A DNA stretch of 63,909 bases, filler included, from Octopus bimaculoides (GCF_001194135.2; 7 parts of 7 records of this genome joined end to end with filler, not necessarily neighbours in it), one strand, 5' to 3'. Positions 25,001 through 36,496 are shown, counted from the whole stretch's first letter. The notes: a model not told the origin generated them from the sequence alone. Program-made: numbers and translations.

Positions 25001-26329
25001 TAGATGCAACTTTCTGGGGTGTTTTTTTTTTCTTCTTTCTATTACCCTCTATAAGTCTTCTCTTTCAAACACTCATAGGTAAAACCGACGGGAGCGACCA
25101 TTATATGTTGCTGTACTGGAAGGAACAACACTAAATTGTGTGTCAAGAGATTGTGAGTTTCTTGTAAAAACAGAAGTATTAAAGTGTTTGGATAGGATAA
25201 GTCCTAAATCTGAAACCCTCTCTCTAAAAGTACTGGAAGGGACACCAGGGGTTATTGTCCAGTTGAAGGTGGTGGTTGCATAGGATGACTATCTTTGTGG
25301 TGGTGTAAAGAGTCTAGAAATGTATTATTGAGTGCTTGCAGTGTAGCATTCGAAGTGATGCAGACAGCAAATGTTGAGGCTTTATTATTCCTTTTTTTTT
25401 TTTTCNNNNNNNNNNNNNNNNNNNNNNNNNNNNNNNNNNNNNNNNNNNNNNNNNNNNNNNNNNNNNNNNNNNNNNNNNNNNNNNNNNNNNNNNNNNNNNN
25501 NNNNNNNNNNNNNNNNNNNNNNNNNNNNNNNNNNNNNNNNNNNNNNNNNNNNNNNNNNNNNNNNNNNNNNNNNNNNNNNNNNNNNNNNNNNNNNNNNNNN
25601 NNNNNNNNNNNNNNNNNNNNNNNNNNNNNNNNNNNNNNNNNNNNNNNNNNNNNNNNNNNNNNNNNNNNNNNNNNNNNNNNNNNNNNNNNNNNNNNNNNNN
25701 NNNNNNNNNNNNNNNNNNNNNNNNNNNNNNNNNNNNNNNNNNNNNNNNNNNNNNNNNNNNNNNNNNNNNNNNNNNNNNNNNNNNNNNNNNNNNNNNNNNN
25801 NNNNNNNNNNNNNNNNNNNNNNNNNNNNNNNNNNNNNNNNNNNNNNNNNNNNNNNNNNNNNNNNNNNNNNNNNNNNNNNNNNNNNNNNNNNNNNNNNNNN
25901 NNNNNNNNNNNNNNNNNNNNNNNNNNNNNNNNNNNNNNNNNNNNNNNNNNNNNNNNNNNNNNNNNNNNNNNNNNNNNNNNNNNNNNNNNNNNNNNNNNNN
26001 NNNNNNNNNNNNNNNNNNNNNNNNNNNNNNNNNNNNNNNNNNNNNNNNNNNNNNNNNNNNNNNNNNNNNNNNNNNNNNNNNNNNNNNNNNNNNNNNNNNN
26101 NNNNNNNNNNNNNNNNNNNNNNNNNNNNNNNNNNNNNNNNNNNNNNNNNNNNNNNNNNNNNNNNNNNNNNNNNNNNNNNNNNNNNNNNNNNNNNNNNNNN
26201 NNNNNNNNNNNNNNNNNNNNNNNNNNNNNNNNNNNNNNNNNNNNNNNNNNNNNNNNNNNNNNNNNNNNNNNNNNNNNNNNNNNNNNNNNNNNNNNNNNNN
26301 NNNNNNNNNNNNNNNNNNNNNNNNNNNNN

Positions 26330-26826
26330 AGTTACATAAAAAATACAATTATCTGTAAACATGTTTCGAAATCAACAGATTCGTACCGAAAATATCTGTT
26401 TCTCATCAGTACAGACTGTTGGTTTAAATACAATTTATAGGATCGCACAAGTAGCTCACGTGTGTACGGTTCCATCCAATTATATTTGTGGTAAAATTCA
26501 AAAGCCTTAACCCTATTGTATTTTTACCCTATTGTTTAATTTGATTAACCATAACCAAATTCTCAAAATTGATAAATTCGATGCGGGATCTTTTCTGCGG
26601 AGATATTTCCGGATTTAGCGCGCAAAAACGAAGGCTTTTGAATTTTACCACAAATATAATTGGATGGAACCGTACACACGTGCGTTACTTGTGACGTACA
26701 ACTTAGTGTGCGATCCTATAAATTGTATTTAAACCAACAGTCTGTACTGATGAGAAACAGATATTTTCGGTAAGAATCTATTGATTTCGAAACATGTTTA
26801 CAAATAATTGTATTTTTTATGTAACT
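26330..26826. repeat. Long foldback inverted repeat (arms 26330-26508 and 26631-26826, ~120-bp spacer)
   Basis: Arms are near-exact reverse complements with a few mismatches and one ~17-nt insertion in the right arm. The left arm abuts an N gap. Confidence 0.92.
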
Positions 26827-26830
26827 TTCA

Positions 26831-27105
26831 CTAGCCTTGCCCGCTTTACGCTTTTGTTACTTCGCTAAATTTCCTTTGAGAATTATCTGATCTTAGTAGA
26901 CACATGACATGTGATCTTCTTCTAACACATTGGCAGTCCACCTAGTGGCCTCCTTTATATATATTTTTATATGTACATATACAATAATCCTTTGAGATTC
27001 AGATAATTTTTTAAAATCTCCCTCATTCTTTTAATGTGCTGGTTACCTGGTATTAAATTAATATTAATTAATATCCAATTTTTACCCTATTGTTTAATTA
27101 TATAN
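26831..27105 (-). mobile_element. Helitron-like non-autonomous element, 3' end
   Basis: Minus strand ends GCGTAAAGCGGGCAAGGCTAG|T: a GC-rich subterminal segment followed by CTAG and T, as at Helitron 3' termini. Confidence 0.5.
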
Positions 27106-27306
27106 NNNNNNNNNGACTGAACCCAGAACTGTGTGAATAGAAAGCAAACTTCTTACCACACAGCTACGCCTGAATCTATTGACGAATGTTAAGTACTGGT
27201 AAACTAGTTATGTTTTATGCCGTACCGATCGCCGTGATTAAAGAAGAAAACTTCAGAGTGAAATATAATATGCGATGATTCACAAAATTTTCATATTAAA
27301 TATGAA

Positions 27307-27525
27307 GATGGTGGAAAGCTGGCAGAATTGTTAGCACGCTGGGGAAAATGCTTAGCGGCATTTCGTCCATCTTTACGTTGAGTTCAAATTCCACTGAGGT
27401 CAACTTTGTCTTTCATCCCTTTCGGGCTTGATAGAGTAAGTACCAGTTGAGCACCGTTTTTGATGTAATCGACTTACGAACACCCTCGAAATTGCTGGCC
27501 TTGTGCAAAAAACTGAAACTAATAT
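27307..27525 (+). mobile_element. SINE (second family)
   Basis: AAGCTGGCAGAATTGTTAGCACG...GAGTTCAAATTCC...GATGTAATCGACTTA. Confidence 0.8.
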
Positions 27526-27759
27526 TAAAAGTAGAGATAATAAAAGAGCTAAATTGTTTTTTTAATTTGCTACTCTTTGCTTAAAAAATAACGATTTCCA
27601 AACTTTGTAATTGTGAATATCGATTAATCCATTGTGGAAAATCTTGATCAATGCTACAAAGGAAATGTATATGTTATATAGATCGTCGAAAGAGACGAAA
27701 AATTTTAGAAACTTCAGAAGGTGATTAATTTACAAAACTTGCGCAAATCAAAGAAGGCA

Positions 27760-29080
27760 TATTTTGTATTGAGAGTGATCAAAATACAAGGATTAAAAAT
27801 GGCGATTTTTAAACTTTGAAATATTATATTCCGATCAGTTTTTGAGGAAAATATTTAGTACTGCAACAAACGGGTATATTATATGTTGCTGCCATACCCA
27901 TTATATTTATATGATTTCCCGGCCATACTCTACTTGATTACAGTGTTTCAATTGACCCGTCTTTCAGCTGCCAAATGTATTTTGACAATAAGGGAAACAT
28001 TGCTTATTCCTGTGCCTGAATGAATATTTGTATTGTCTAAAAGGCTAAGTTCTTTCTATGACAATCGTCCTCGAAACGTATTCTATGCTCTCTGTCACCC
28101 TTCCTTTCTCTCCCTTTCTCTCAAGGTATTTATTGATAAAAAGACAATTGGCTGTCTTCTTACATTTGAATCCTAGTTGGAGTAACAGTGTTGTTTGTAG
28201 CTACTTTTTTGTAGTTAATATCTGAGACCCTTTCTTGCTAAGACAGCTACAACTTACTTTCATGGAATATTTATCAAAGATCTTTGTAATATTAATGCGT
28301 TGCGCGAAAGTAAACGCCTATTAGAATTAAGAAGAACCCGGTTACATTTGTAACCACGTTCAAGCAATAAGAAGGACTGAATTACATTATAATTCTATGC
28401 AACCCTTGATTTTTCTATGTATGCTGTCGTTAGAGTCAAATTTGTATGCATTATTTTAGTATGAGACAGCCTAATAGAATATATATTTATCTGATGATAG
28501 ATTGGAGATTCGCCTACAATCACCAGTGGATGACTGGGGTCTTTATTTCTTTAAATTGTTTTTGGTCGGTTTACGATATGGATATAATTATTTACCTGTA
28601 TGAGGAGTCGAAATTATATCAAGATGATTTATTATTTTTAAGTTCGTATTAATTGTAATTTGGGGGTTAAACTATCTAAATATAGTTCTTAAGTCTATTC
28701 ATATCAGTTGTGTTCCTTTTATGTAGTATAGAGTTTATCACCTCTTTACAACCTTATGTTGGCTTCTAATCTATTGCTTAGTGTATCTAAAATTCTATTT
28801 ATCCTAGAAGAGGCTAACTTTGTACCCTTTTATGTGATGATTAAAGTATTATACTGAGATACAATGGCCCATTCGATATGCATACGTATGCACGTACCAT
28901 TTAAAATGTTACGACAAATTACAAAGCATGTACAAACAAATCTGTACATGGGTTTGATATGAGCCTATAAATGACACATGCACTTTTTGTTTGGTTTTTG
29001 GTGGGATGTCCTTTTGTGAGGTTGAATTTTGTGTTTTGTATGTCTACTTGGTTAGCTAATGAACATCGAGATCTATACTG
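27760..29080 (-). mobile_element. Penelope-like element, decayed RT plus GIY-YIG region
   Basis: In order: RLISNP; NIRL*RGDKL (cf. NIGLYRDDGL, 28731-28762); NLKIINHLDI; YPYRKP; RRISNLSS; IIM*FSPSYCLNVVTN; KIFDKYSMKVSCSC; LSKYIWQLK (27962-27988). Confidence 0.8.
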
Positions 29081-29929
29081 TATGCATGCTACGAAGTCTG
29101 TGAACATAGGGAAAAGTTGTAGACATAGAAGTAATTTAATTGTGAACATCAAAGTAATCTGATTGCATGAATTCTGTAATCAATTTAGGTAATTTCATAT
29201 CACCTTAAACCAACTAGTTTCGACTCAAATTTACGAACAAACTTCAAGCTATGAATATTGAATAACTCGGTGTAATACTAATGAAATATATTTTACTTCT
29301 CCAACAACTAACTCAAGTTGACACAGTAATCAAATGTTTGTCAAATTTCTATTCCTGCATTTAGAGTTTAGGTTACCTCACTTCAATACTTGATCTGTCA
29401 AGAATACTTTTCTTTGCCTTAAATATAGAATGTTCTTGTATAATACTAGTAATAATGTGTCATGAATGGGAAAATTCGTTTTTGTTTTTTAAGTTTATAC
29501 CAACTTGGTAACTTGAAGGACGGTGTGGAAAAGGAACTATTCGTAATTACCAGTTTAGGTTTTAACCGACTAAGTTTTTGAACGATTTTATACGTATTAT
29601 TTACGACTATACATTAAAGGACGTGCGATATCTGCGATAATAATAATGGTCAATATAATGATGAGAGATGATTACAAAACTATTAACATTGTATAGACAA
29701 TACCCACTCGTTTATTTCAGTTCGAGGTACCCCAAAGCTTTGTTATGGGAATTCCATCGTTCTACTCTGTTACCAATCATATTTACCTCTTATACCTAAG
29801 AGATATCGCTTGACATCAGGCCATTAAATGATTAAAGTTACTTCTATTCGGTGAACTATATATTTACAACCTCCTGCATAGTGATCCCAACACTTAAGAT
29901 CCTACTGCAACTGAGCCTCACTATGGAAA

Positions 29930-30016
29930 AGTTATATCTTCAGGCGGAATATTATAACAGAAAAACCATTATGGGTTGTTGTTTTTTGCTATAATATTCC
30001 GCCTGGAGATATAACT
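29930..30016. ncRNA. Pre-miRNA-like hairpin or miniature palindromic element (87 nt)
   Basis: ~35-bp stem AGTTATATCTTCAGGCGGAATATTATAACAGAAAA / TTTTTTGCTATAATATTCCGCCTGGAGATATAACT with one mismatch, two G-U pairs and a ~15-nt loop. The hairpin is certain; the RNA-gene status is not. Confidence 0.3.
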
Positions 30017-30050
30017 ACTAAATTCCAACCTCCTCAATCCAGCTCAAATA

Positions 30051-30415
30051 TTTACCTCCGCCTTAGCGAAGGCGGAGGTATTTTCTTAAGTCGTGTTTGT
30101 TTGTCCGTGGACAAGATATTTCAAGAACTACTGGATAGATTCGGATGAAACTTTCAGGAATATTTGGCCTCGTGACTGGCACGAACTGATTAGATTTTGG
30201 GATCGATCTGGTACCGGACAGGGATTCTGAATTATTTTTCTCTCTTTTTTTACTTAATTTTTGACAGAGGTCGGGTTCATTTTTAGTATCCTCGTTTTTG
30301 AGAGCAGTCGAGTTTATTTCAGATATTCTCATTCTAAAACTCATTCCTGGCTAATCGTTGAGAGGACGCTGGTGTTGCCTTGGTGGAGGTTTGCGCTCTC
30401 TGAATGCTCTCTTTT
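30051..30415 (+). mobile_element. Helentron-associated (DINE-1/HINE-like) non-autonomous element
   Basis: T-rich site; 5' subTIR ACCTCCGCC (30054-30062) with adjacent inverted copy GGCGGAGGT (30071-30079); GTTT/GTCC microsatellite; 3' subTIR GGTGGAGGT (30382-30390), then a short stem-loop and T run. Confidence 0.75.
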
Positions 30416-30519
30416 TATTTAAATCTTTGAAGTATGTGGATTAATTAATAAACTAAACACGTTTTCATTTGCAAATGCTTAAACTACATCTATTCGCATA
30501 CTTCATAGACATGGGCCTC

Positions 30520-30562
30520 TATCTATGTATCTATCTATCTATATATCTATCTATCTATTTAC

Positions 30563-30620
<58 letters not shown>
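30520..30620. repeat. (TATC)n microsatellite
   Basis: Directly visible. Confidence 0.95.
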
Positions 30621-30923
30621 GGCAGTTGTAAATTGTAAAGCATAACTGTCACCACTACTACATGAACCTGAAGATTGCATAGTTTAATGCATGAAAGTAC
30701 TAGTTCAATCAGAATGGACATTTAATATTCTATCATTTCATTATATTATATTATCTTATATTATACTATTGTAAGATTGTAAATAAAACATGAAAATCAA
30801 AGTTGGAATTTCTTTGAGTAATATATTCTTCTACACACAATCATACACACCCGTGTATACATATATTAAACTGGTCTACGTCTTAGAGTGTGCTTCTTCT
30901 TTCGTGTTTATGCTTTCTACAAA

Positions 30924-31004
<81 letters not shown>

Positions 31005-31254
31005 ATACATAGAAAATGGAGATTGGGAAGTTAATAATTATTATTAACAGCAAATTAAACATCTTCATTTACAACTGTTTCAATTAATAGATATTAAATT
31101 TGCCTTTATATGACCTGAGCATAGTACTTCATTTATATGTGTTTATGGATCCATTACAGCAGACTGAATGATAAGTTTATGATTTGTATTGTTATATGTT
31201 CGGGTGAGGTTAACACAACCTTTAATCGAAGTACATATATATTAATCAGATTGA

Positions 31255-32300
31255 GAAAAGTCTGCATAAATCCCATGAGAGAGAGAAAGCAGATAAGGAG
31301 GCCTGGGTTATAGAAAATATTAAGTCAAACCCTAAAGCTTTCTTTAACTTTGCCAAAGAAACGGCCTCGGTACGCTACAAGATAGGGCCCCTCTTGCAAA
31401 ATGATGGCTCTCTCATAGGAAACCAAATGAGGGTAAGTGGAATACTGAACGAACAATTCAAAAGTGTGTTTACTACCACTCTGAGACCTATAGATTTTTT
31501 GGCCATTTCACCTGCTACAAAAGAGATAATAATTGATTTTATCGACATTGAAGAAAAAAATGTAACACTGGTCATAGATCAAGTGGACGCAAATTGAGCT
31601 GCTGGTCCTGATGGATTCCCAGCAATCGTTCTCAAATCATGCAAACAATCCCTTGCAAAACCATTGCAGCTTCTTTTTCAGAATGGTAATCTCCCAGGAA
31701 AATTGAAGGAAGGAATAAGCCTTATTCACAAAAGAGAAGCAGAGCAGATGCTAAAAATACTAGGCCGATCTCTCTGACCTCGCACATCAGTAAAGTCATT
31801 GAACAAATAGTCCGAAAGAAACTTGCTGACTTGCTGACTAACACCTAGCATACTCAAATGTAGACGTGATATATATTGACTCTGCAAAAGCCTTTGATAA
31901 AGTCGACTGTAGTATATGTTACAAACTGCATGATCTCGGCATAGTTGGAAAACTTGGAGAGTGGCTACATGACTTTTTTAAAGATACAGTGGTGGTCAAT
32001 GGAGTCACCTCAAAGTAAATACAAATAGTGTGTGGTGTTCTACAGGGCACTACCTTAGGGCCACTGCTATTCATAGTGGCCCTCTCAGACATGCTTCCAG
32101 CTTTTCAGATAGCCACCATATGCAGTTGACACAAAAGTCTGTCAAAATATACAGAACCCTGGAAATATTGCACATCTGCAACGGTAGCTGGACGCGATAC
32201 ATAGGTAGGTTAAGGACAATAACATGCAGTTTAATGCTGGAAAATTCCAAGCCCAGCGTTACCAGCACACAAAGCTGAACGAAATGCAGACAGGGTGCAC
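31255..32300 (+). mobile_element. CR1/L2-type LINE, decayed RT region
   Basis: IKSNPKAFFNF, LNEQFKSVFT, AAGPDGFPAIVLKSC, RPISLTSHISKVIE, IDSAKAFDKVD, QGTTLGPLLFI, NNMQFNAGKF, with frameshifts. Confidence 0.9.
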
Positions 32301-32727
32301 TGAATCAGAATCAGTTTCAGAATAGGTGTCCATGAAAAAATTAAATCTCGTCTATAGATTCTATTAAATTCTGAAATTGAAAAGTACTTTAGTAAAAACT
32401 GACTTTATAATCATTCTATGTGCGTGTACATTTATGTGAGACATCCTGTATATAAAAAGTTGAAAGATAACTCTGAGTTTCGACTTGGCTGCACTATTCG
32501 AAAACAACTAAAAGTTTCTTTAAGATAACCTCAGCCCGGACGGTTTCTGGTTTTTTTTTAGGGGGGGGGGGNNNNNNNNNNNNNNNNNNNNNNNNNNNNN
32601 NNNNNNNNNNNNNNNNNNNNNNNNNNNNNNNNNNNNNNNNNNNNNNNNNNNNNNNNNNNNNNNNNNNNNNNNNNNNNNNNNNNNNNNNNNNNNNNNNNNN
32701 NNNNNNNNNNNNNNNNNNNNNNNNNNN

Positions 32728-32988
32728 AACAGAAAAAGAAGCAAAAGGGAGAAAGAAATACAGAGACCTTACCTGTTGACCGTCAAGAAAAAAAACACGT
32801 CAAGAAAAAAAACACGTCTTTCCACACTCACCGTCTCTCATCCAACTGCCCCACGTGCTTTCTGCCCACGCATGCCTCCGTGGCTCTTTCGCGGGTCCTT
32901 GCAGTCTTCACTTCCGTTTACCTCATCTGCAATCCTCTCCACGAACACCACATAGCTCATCATAGCCCATAACAACACAAACACCACA
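32728..32988 (-). repeat. 3' LTR (outer end lost in the gap)
   Basis: Roughly 85-90% identical by eye to 36527-36788; begins TGTGG on the minus strand; weak purine tract AGGGAG just upstream. Confidence 0.9.
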
Positions 32989-33057
32989 CGACTCCCTGAT
33001 CTACAGATCATTTAACCGGCTTTCCCACTCAGTCCTCGCTCCCGAATTCACACCTTA

Positions 33058-33432
33058 ATTGGTTTCATAATCAGCCACCCAGGGAGGTGGGTTACGCTCC
33101 CTCTATGGTCGCCGTGCGACCCCGAGACTGGCCTGAGTTCCTGGCACGCTGCCGCTGGCTTCATCATCTTGCCTACTGCTGCTGTCTTCATCATCTTGCC
33201 CACTGCTGCTGGTTCCATTCTCTGAGGCATTGGCAATCTTCCGCACATCCAAAACATGGCGTGGCATACCATCGACAGAGACGTTGTTCTTCGAATTGAT
33301 GGAGGCTATTGTTCCCTTTCCCCATCGTGATGTACACCGTGGGTGTACACCGTGGGGGTTTTACCCAAACTTCTTCCCCGACCTGCACGAAAGCGTGCTG
33401 TTCATCTCCCCCGGGTTGCATTGATGCAGCAC
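33058..33432 (-). pseudogene. Integrase C-terminal region
   Basis: FVQVGEEVWVKPP; NNVSVDGMPRHVLDVR; RRP*RERNPPPWVADY, a typical integrase tail. Confidence 0.75.
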
Positions 33433-33879
33433 NNNNNNNNNNNNNNNNNNNNNNNNNNNNNNNNNNNNNNNNNNNNNNNNNNNNNNNNNNNNNNNNNNNN
33501 NNNNNNNNNNNNNNNNNNNNNNNNNNNNNNNNNNNNNNNNNNNNNNNNNNNNNNNNNNNNNNNNNNNNNNNNNNNNNNNNNNNNNNNNNNNNNNNNNNNN
33601 NNNNNNNNNNNNNNNNNNNNNNNNNNNNNNNNNNNNNNNNNNNNNNNNNNNNNNNNNNNNNNNNNNNNNNNNNNNNNNNNNNNNNNNNNNNNNNNNNNNN
33701 NNNNNNNNNNNNNNNNNNNNNNNNNNNNNNNNNNNNNNNNNNNNNNNNNNNNNNNNNNNNNNNNNNNNNNNNNNNNNNNNNNNNNNNNNNNNNNNNNNNN
33801 NNNNNNNNNNNNNNNNNNNNNNNNNNNNNNNNNNNNNNNNNNNNNNNNNNNNNNNNNNNACTGCAGCCACAGCCTGCTC

Positions 33880-35230
33880 TGCATCCTCTGGCACCTGCAA
33901 CCAGGCTCGCTTTACCCTGGTCAGGACGTCTGCCCTATTCTTCTCAGAAGGCACAAAGATCACGCTCAGCTTCAGGTAGAACTTAGCAGTTAGTTCACGC
34001 AGTATCCCCAATCGACGCTTTACCAATATCTCTGCGGCCCCTTTGGTTCGCACCCTCCGCTCATTGGTGATGACTGCCGTCACCCAACCAAGTACAGTGG
34101 CCGAATCGGTCCTAATTTCTATGGTGCGCAGCCCTCACCTCAAGGCTAGGTTCACTCCCTTCAACACGGCATCCAAATACTCCACATTGATATGGTTGCA
34201 GCCATCCGTCTTCCTGAGCTAGTCTGCATCTTCCACCACGACGCCTCCCACTTGCAAGACAACCCGTGTTGCGATGCTACTGGCGTCACACCAAACGATC
34301 CCGCTCTTTGATTTGGGAACATACCAACTGCCCCTCACTGGATCCTCTGCTTTCACTCTGACCAAGACTTCCTGCATCATGTCGGTCTTCTTCTCCCCCA
34401 CTTTATCGTTCCACTTCGCTCCTTCGGCTCGTCTCTTGAGTAAGCTACATGCTGTCCCGAGCCATCCTGCAATCGGATAGTGTCCCACCAGCTTTCCACA
34501 CACCGAGAACCGTTCCCGTCTACTCATGCTGGTGCCCAGTTCGGGGATCTCGTTCCCTCACCGGAACACCAACGTGCCGGCCTTGTTTCTCCATAGCTTG
34601 AGGCCCAGTGCAGCGCCTCCCTCCATCGCCTCTGGTGGCTTGGCGATCAGTCCAAAACTCTTTAGGTGGCCTATGACCTCCGTTGCTGGCATTACGGTTT
34701 CATCCACCAGGATGTCATCGATATACGAATTGGTGGCCCTTTTTACTCTGTCCATCTTTCCCAGGATGACCTTGTGAATTATTGCCACAATCTTTGACGC
34801 TGAATTAGCCCGAACCCCAGCTTGGTCAGACAGTATGTCCAGCCCTTATACCTGACAAGCTAATGCTTCCACGGTCTCTCAGCCACATACACCTGCAGGT
34901 ATGCCGACTTCAAATCGACGATCGTGGAAACCCCTGTCATCTGCCTCCATTCTCGCAAGGTGTCTCCGCAGACATCTGTGGCCTCGCCGCCCGTATGACA
35001 TGATACGTGGTCATTCAGCTCTCGGAAGTCCAGCACTGGCCTGACCTTATGTTTTGTGGGCTGTACCACCGCCACCAGCGGCAGGACTCCGCTCTCTACT
35101 TCTTCTTCCCAAGGGATCAATATTCCCTCCTTAATCCACCGCTCCACCTCCCCCTCAAACTCGCTTCTGGCATCTCCTTTCAAAGTATGCTGGTAGCAGC
35201 CCACTTTATTTTTTAACGTCGGGGGCTCTC
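33880..35230 (-). pseudogene. Reverse transcriptase and RNase H (frameshifted)
   Basis: PLVAVVQPTKHKVRPVLDFRELN; DLKSAYLQ; SYIDDILV (34714-34725); WCDASSIA; TDSATV; KNRADVLTR. Confidence 0.9.
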
Positions 35231-35399
35231 CCTTCCAGTGCCACTCCACTGTCCACCTCTGGCCATCGAAGACAGCACGAAAGTCCTGGTCTTCAATGGT
35301 GTGTGTAGCATACTTTCCTTCGCGGTTCTCACCAATGTACGGTCTCGCCATACACGGTTTCCCCGCAAGCCCGAGCGTTACACCGGCCTCGTTGACAGT

Positions 35400-36464
35400 G
35401 ACACCTCCTAAACGAGTGATTGCATCCATCCCCATCACCACGTCAATCGCATCCACCAAGTAAGTGGCCAACTACAATTGCATGCAGCGTCAGCTTTGTT
35501 CCCTGCATCATAATCTGCGCATCTGTAATGCCTTCACCGAGTACCTCTCTTCCGTCGACTGCCCTTACACTACTCCCTCTACTCCACGTCTCTACCACTT
35601 CTGGTGTCATCAGGGTCGTCGTACAGCCCGTATCCACAAGGGCTCGCGACACCTTCCCCTCCACCAGAATGTCGACAACAGGTAACGATAAACGCGCCTC
35701 TCTTGATCCGGAGGGATAACTACCGGCGCAGTAGTCTTCCTTAGACCGCTTCTCCGCAGATATTGGCTGGCTATATGTCCTGTTTCTCGACAGCGGTAGC
35801 AAATGACTTCAGGCTTGGGTGACTTGCAGTCTCGCACCATGTGCGGGCCCTGACACTGGAAACACTGTCCTTTGAATGGCCGCACACGTTCCTTGTTTGA
35901 CCCATCTCCGCTACTCCTTGCTCGGCCACTTTTCGTTGTTGCCGTCGCTGCTACCGGTGTCGTCCTGCAACACGAAACTAGCACGCGAGCCCGAGAATTT
36001 AATGTCTGCCATCGCCATAGAGTTAACATTCGGCTGCTTTTGCAACTCGACTGACATGTGGTCAGAAAAGCCAGTCCCAAACGCTAACTTAACCGTTCGG
36101 TCCAGTGATTCACCTTCATATCCCGCCAGTTTAGCCAATCTCCTGAGTTTGTTGGCAAATACATCGACCTGATAGCCATTTCACTTTGCTTTCCCCAGGC
36201 GAGCGTACGCTTCGAACATTCCTTCTGCAAAGGCCTCCATCAAACGGATTTCTTTTTTTTTTTCGTGCTAAATTGGTTCCTTTCTTCCATTTCTTGGTAT
36301 AGCGCCAACGCCGAACCATCTAGGTACAGTGGTATAAAACTCGCTAAGTCATTTATCCCGTGGAGTTTCGCAACTAACTTCATCTTCTTCAACCAAGTGA
36401 CTACATCCGTGTCACCGCAAAACGGTTTGACTATATCGTTCGAAATACGGACTACACTCATCAT
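35400..36464 (-). pseudogene. Gag (two zinc knuckles) and aspartic protease
   Basis: MMSVVRISNDIVKPFCGDTDVVTWLKKMKLVAKL; QCFQCQGPHMVRDC; ICYRCRETGHIASQ; protease ALVDTGCTTTL (~35625-35634). Confidence 0.9.
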
Positions 36465-36480
36465 TCGTTTTTTTTTTTTT

Positions 36481-36496
36481 ATGGGCCGAAATAGCT
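36481..36496 (-). promoter_or_regulatory. Putative primer-binding site (non-canonical)
   Basis: AGCTATTTCGGC directly after the 5' LTR terminus ...CAACA; an equivalent AGCTAGTTCGGC follows the LTR of the 16.9-19.4 kb copy. Confidence 0.7.
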
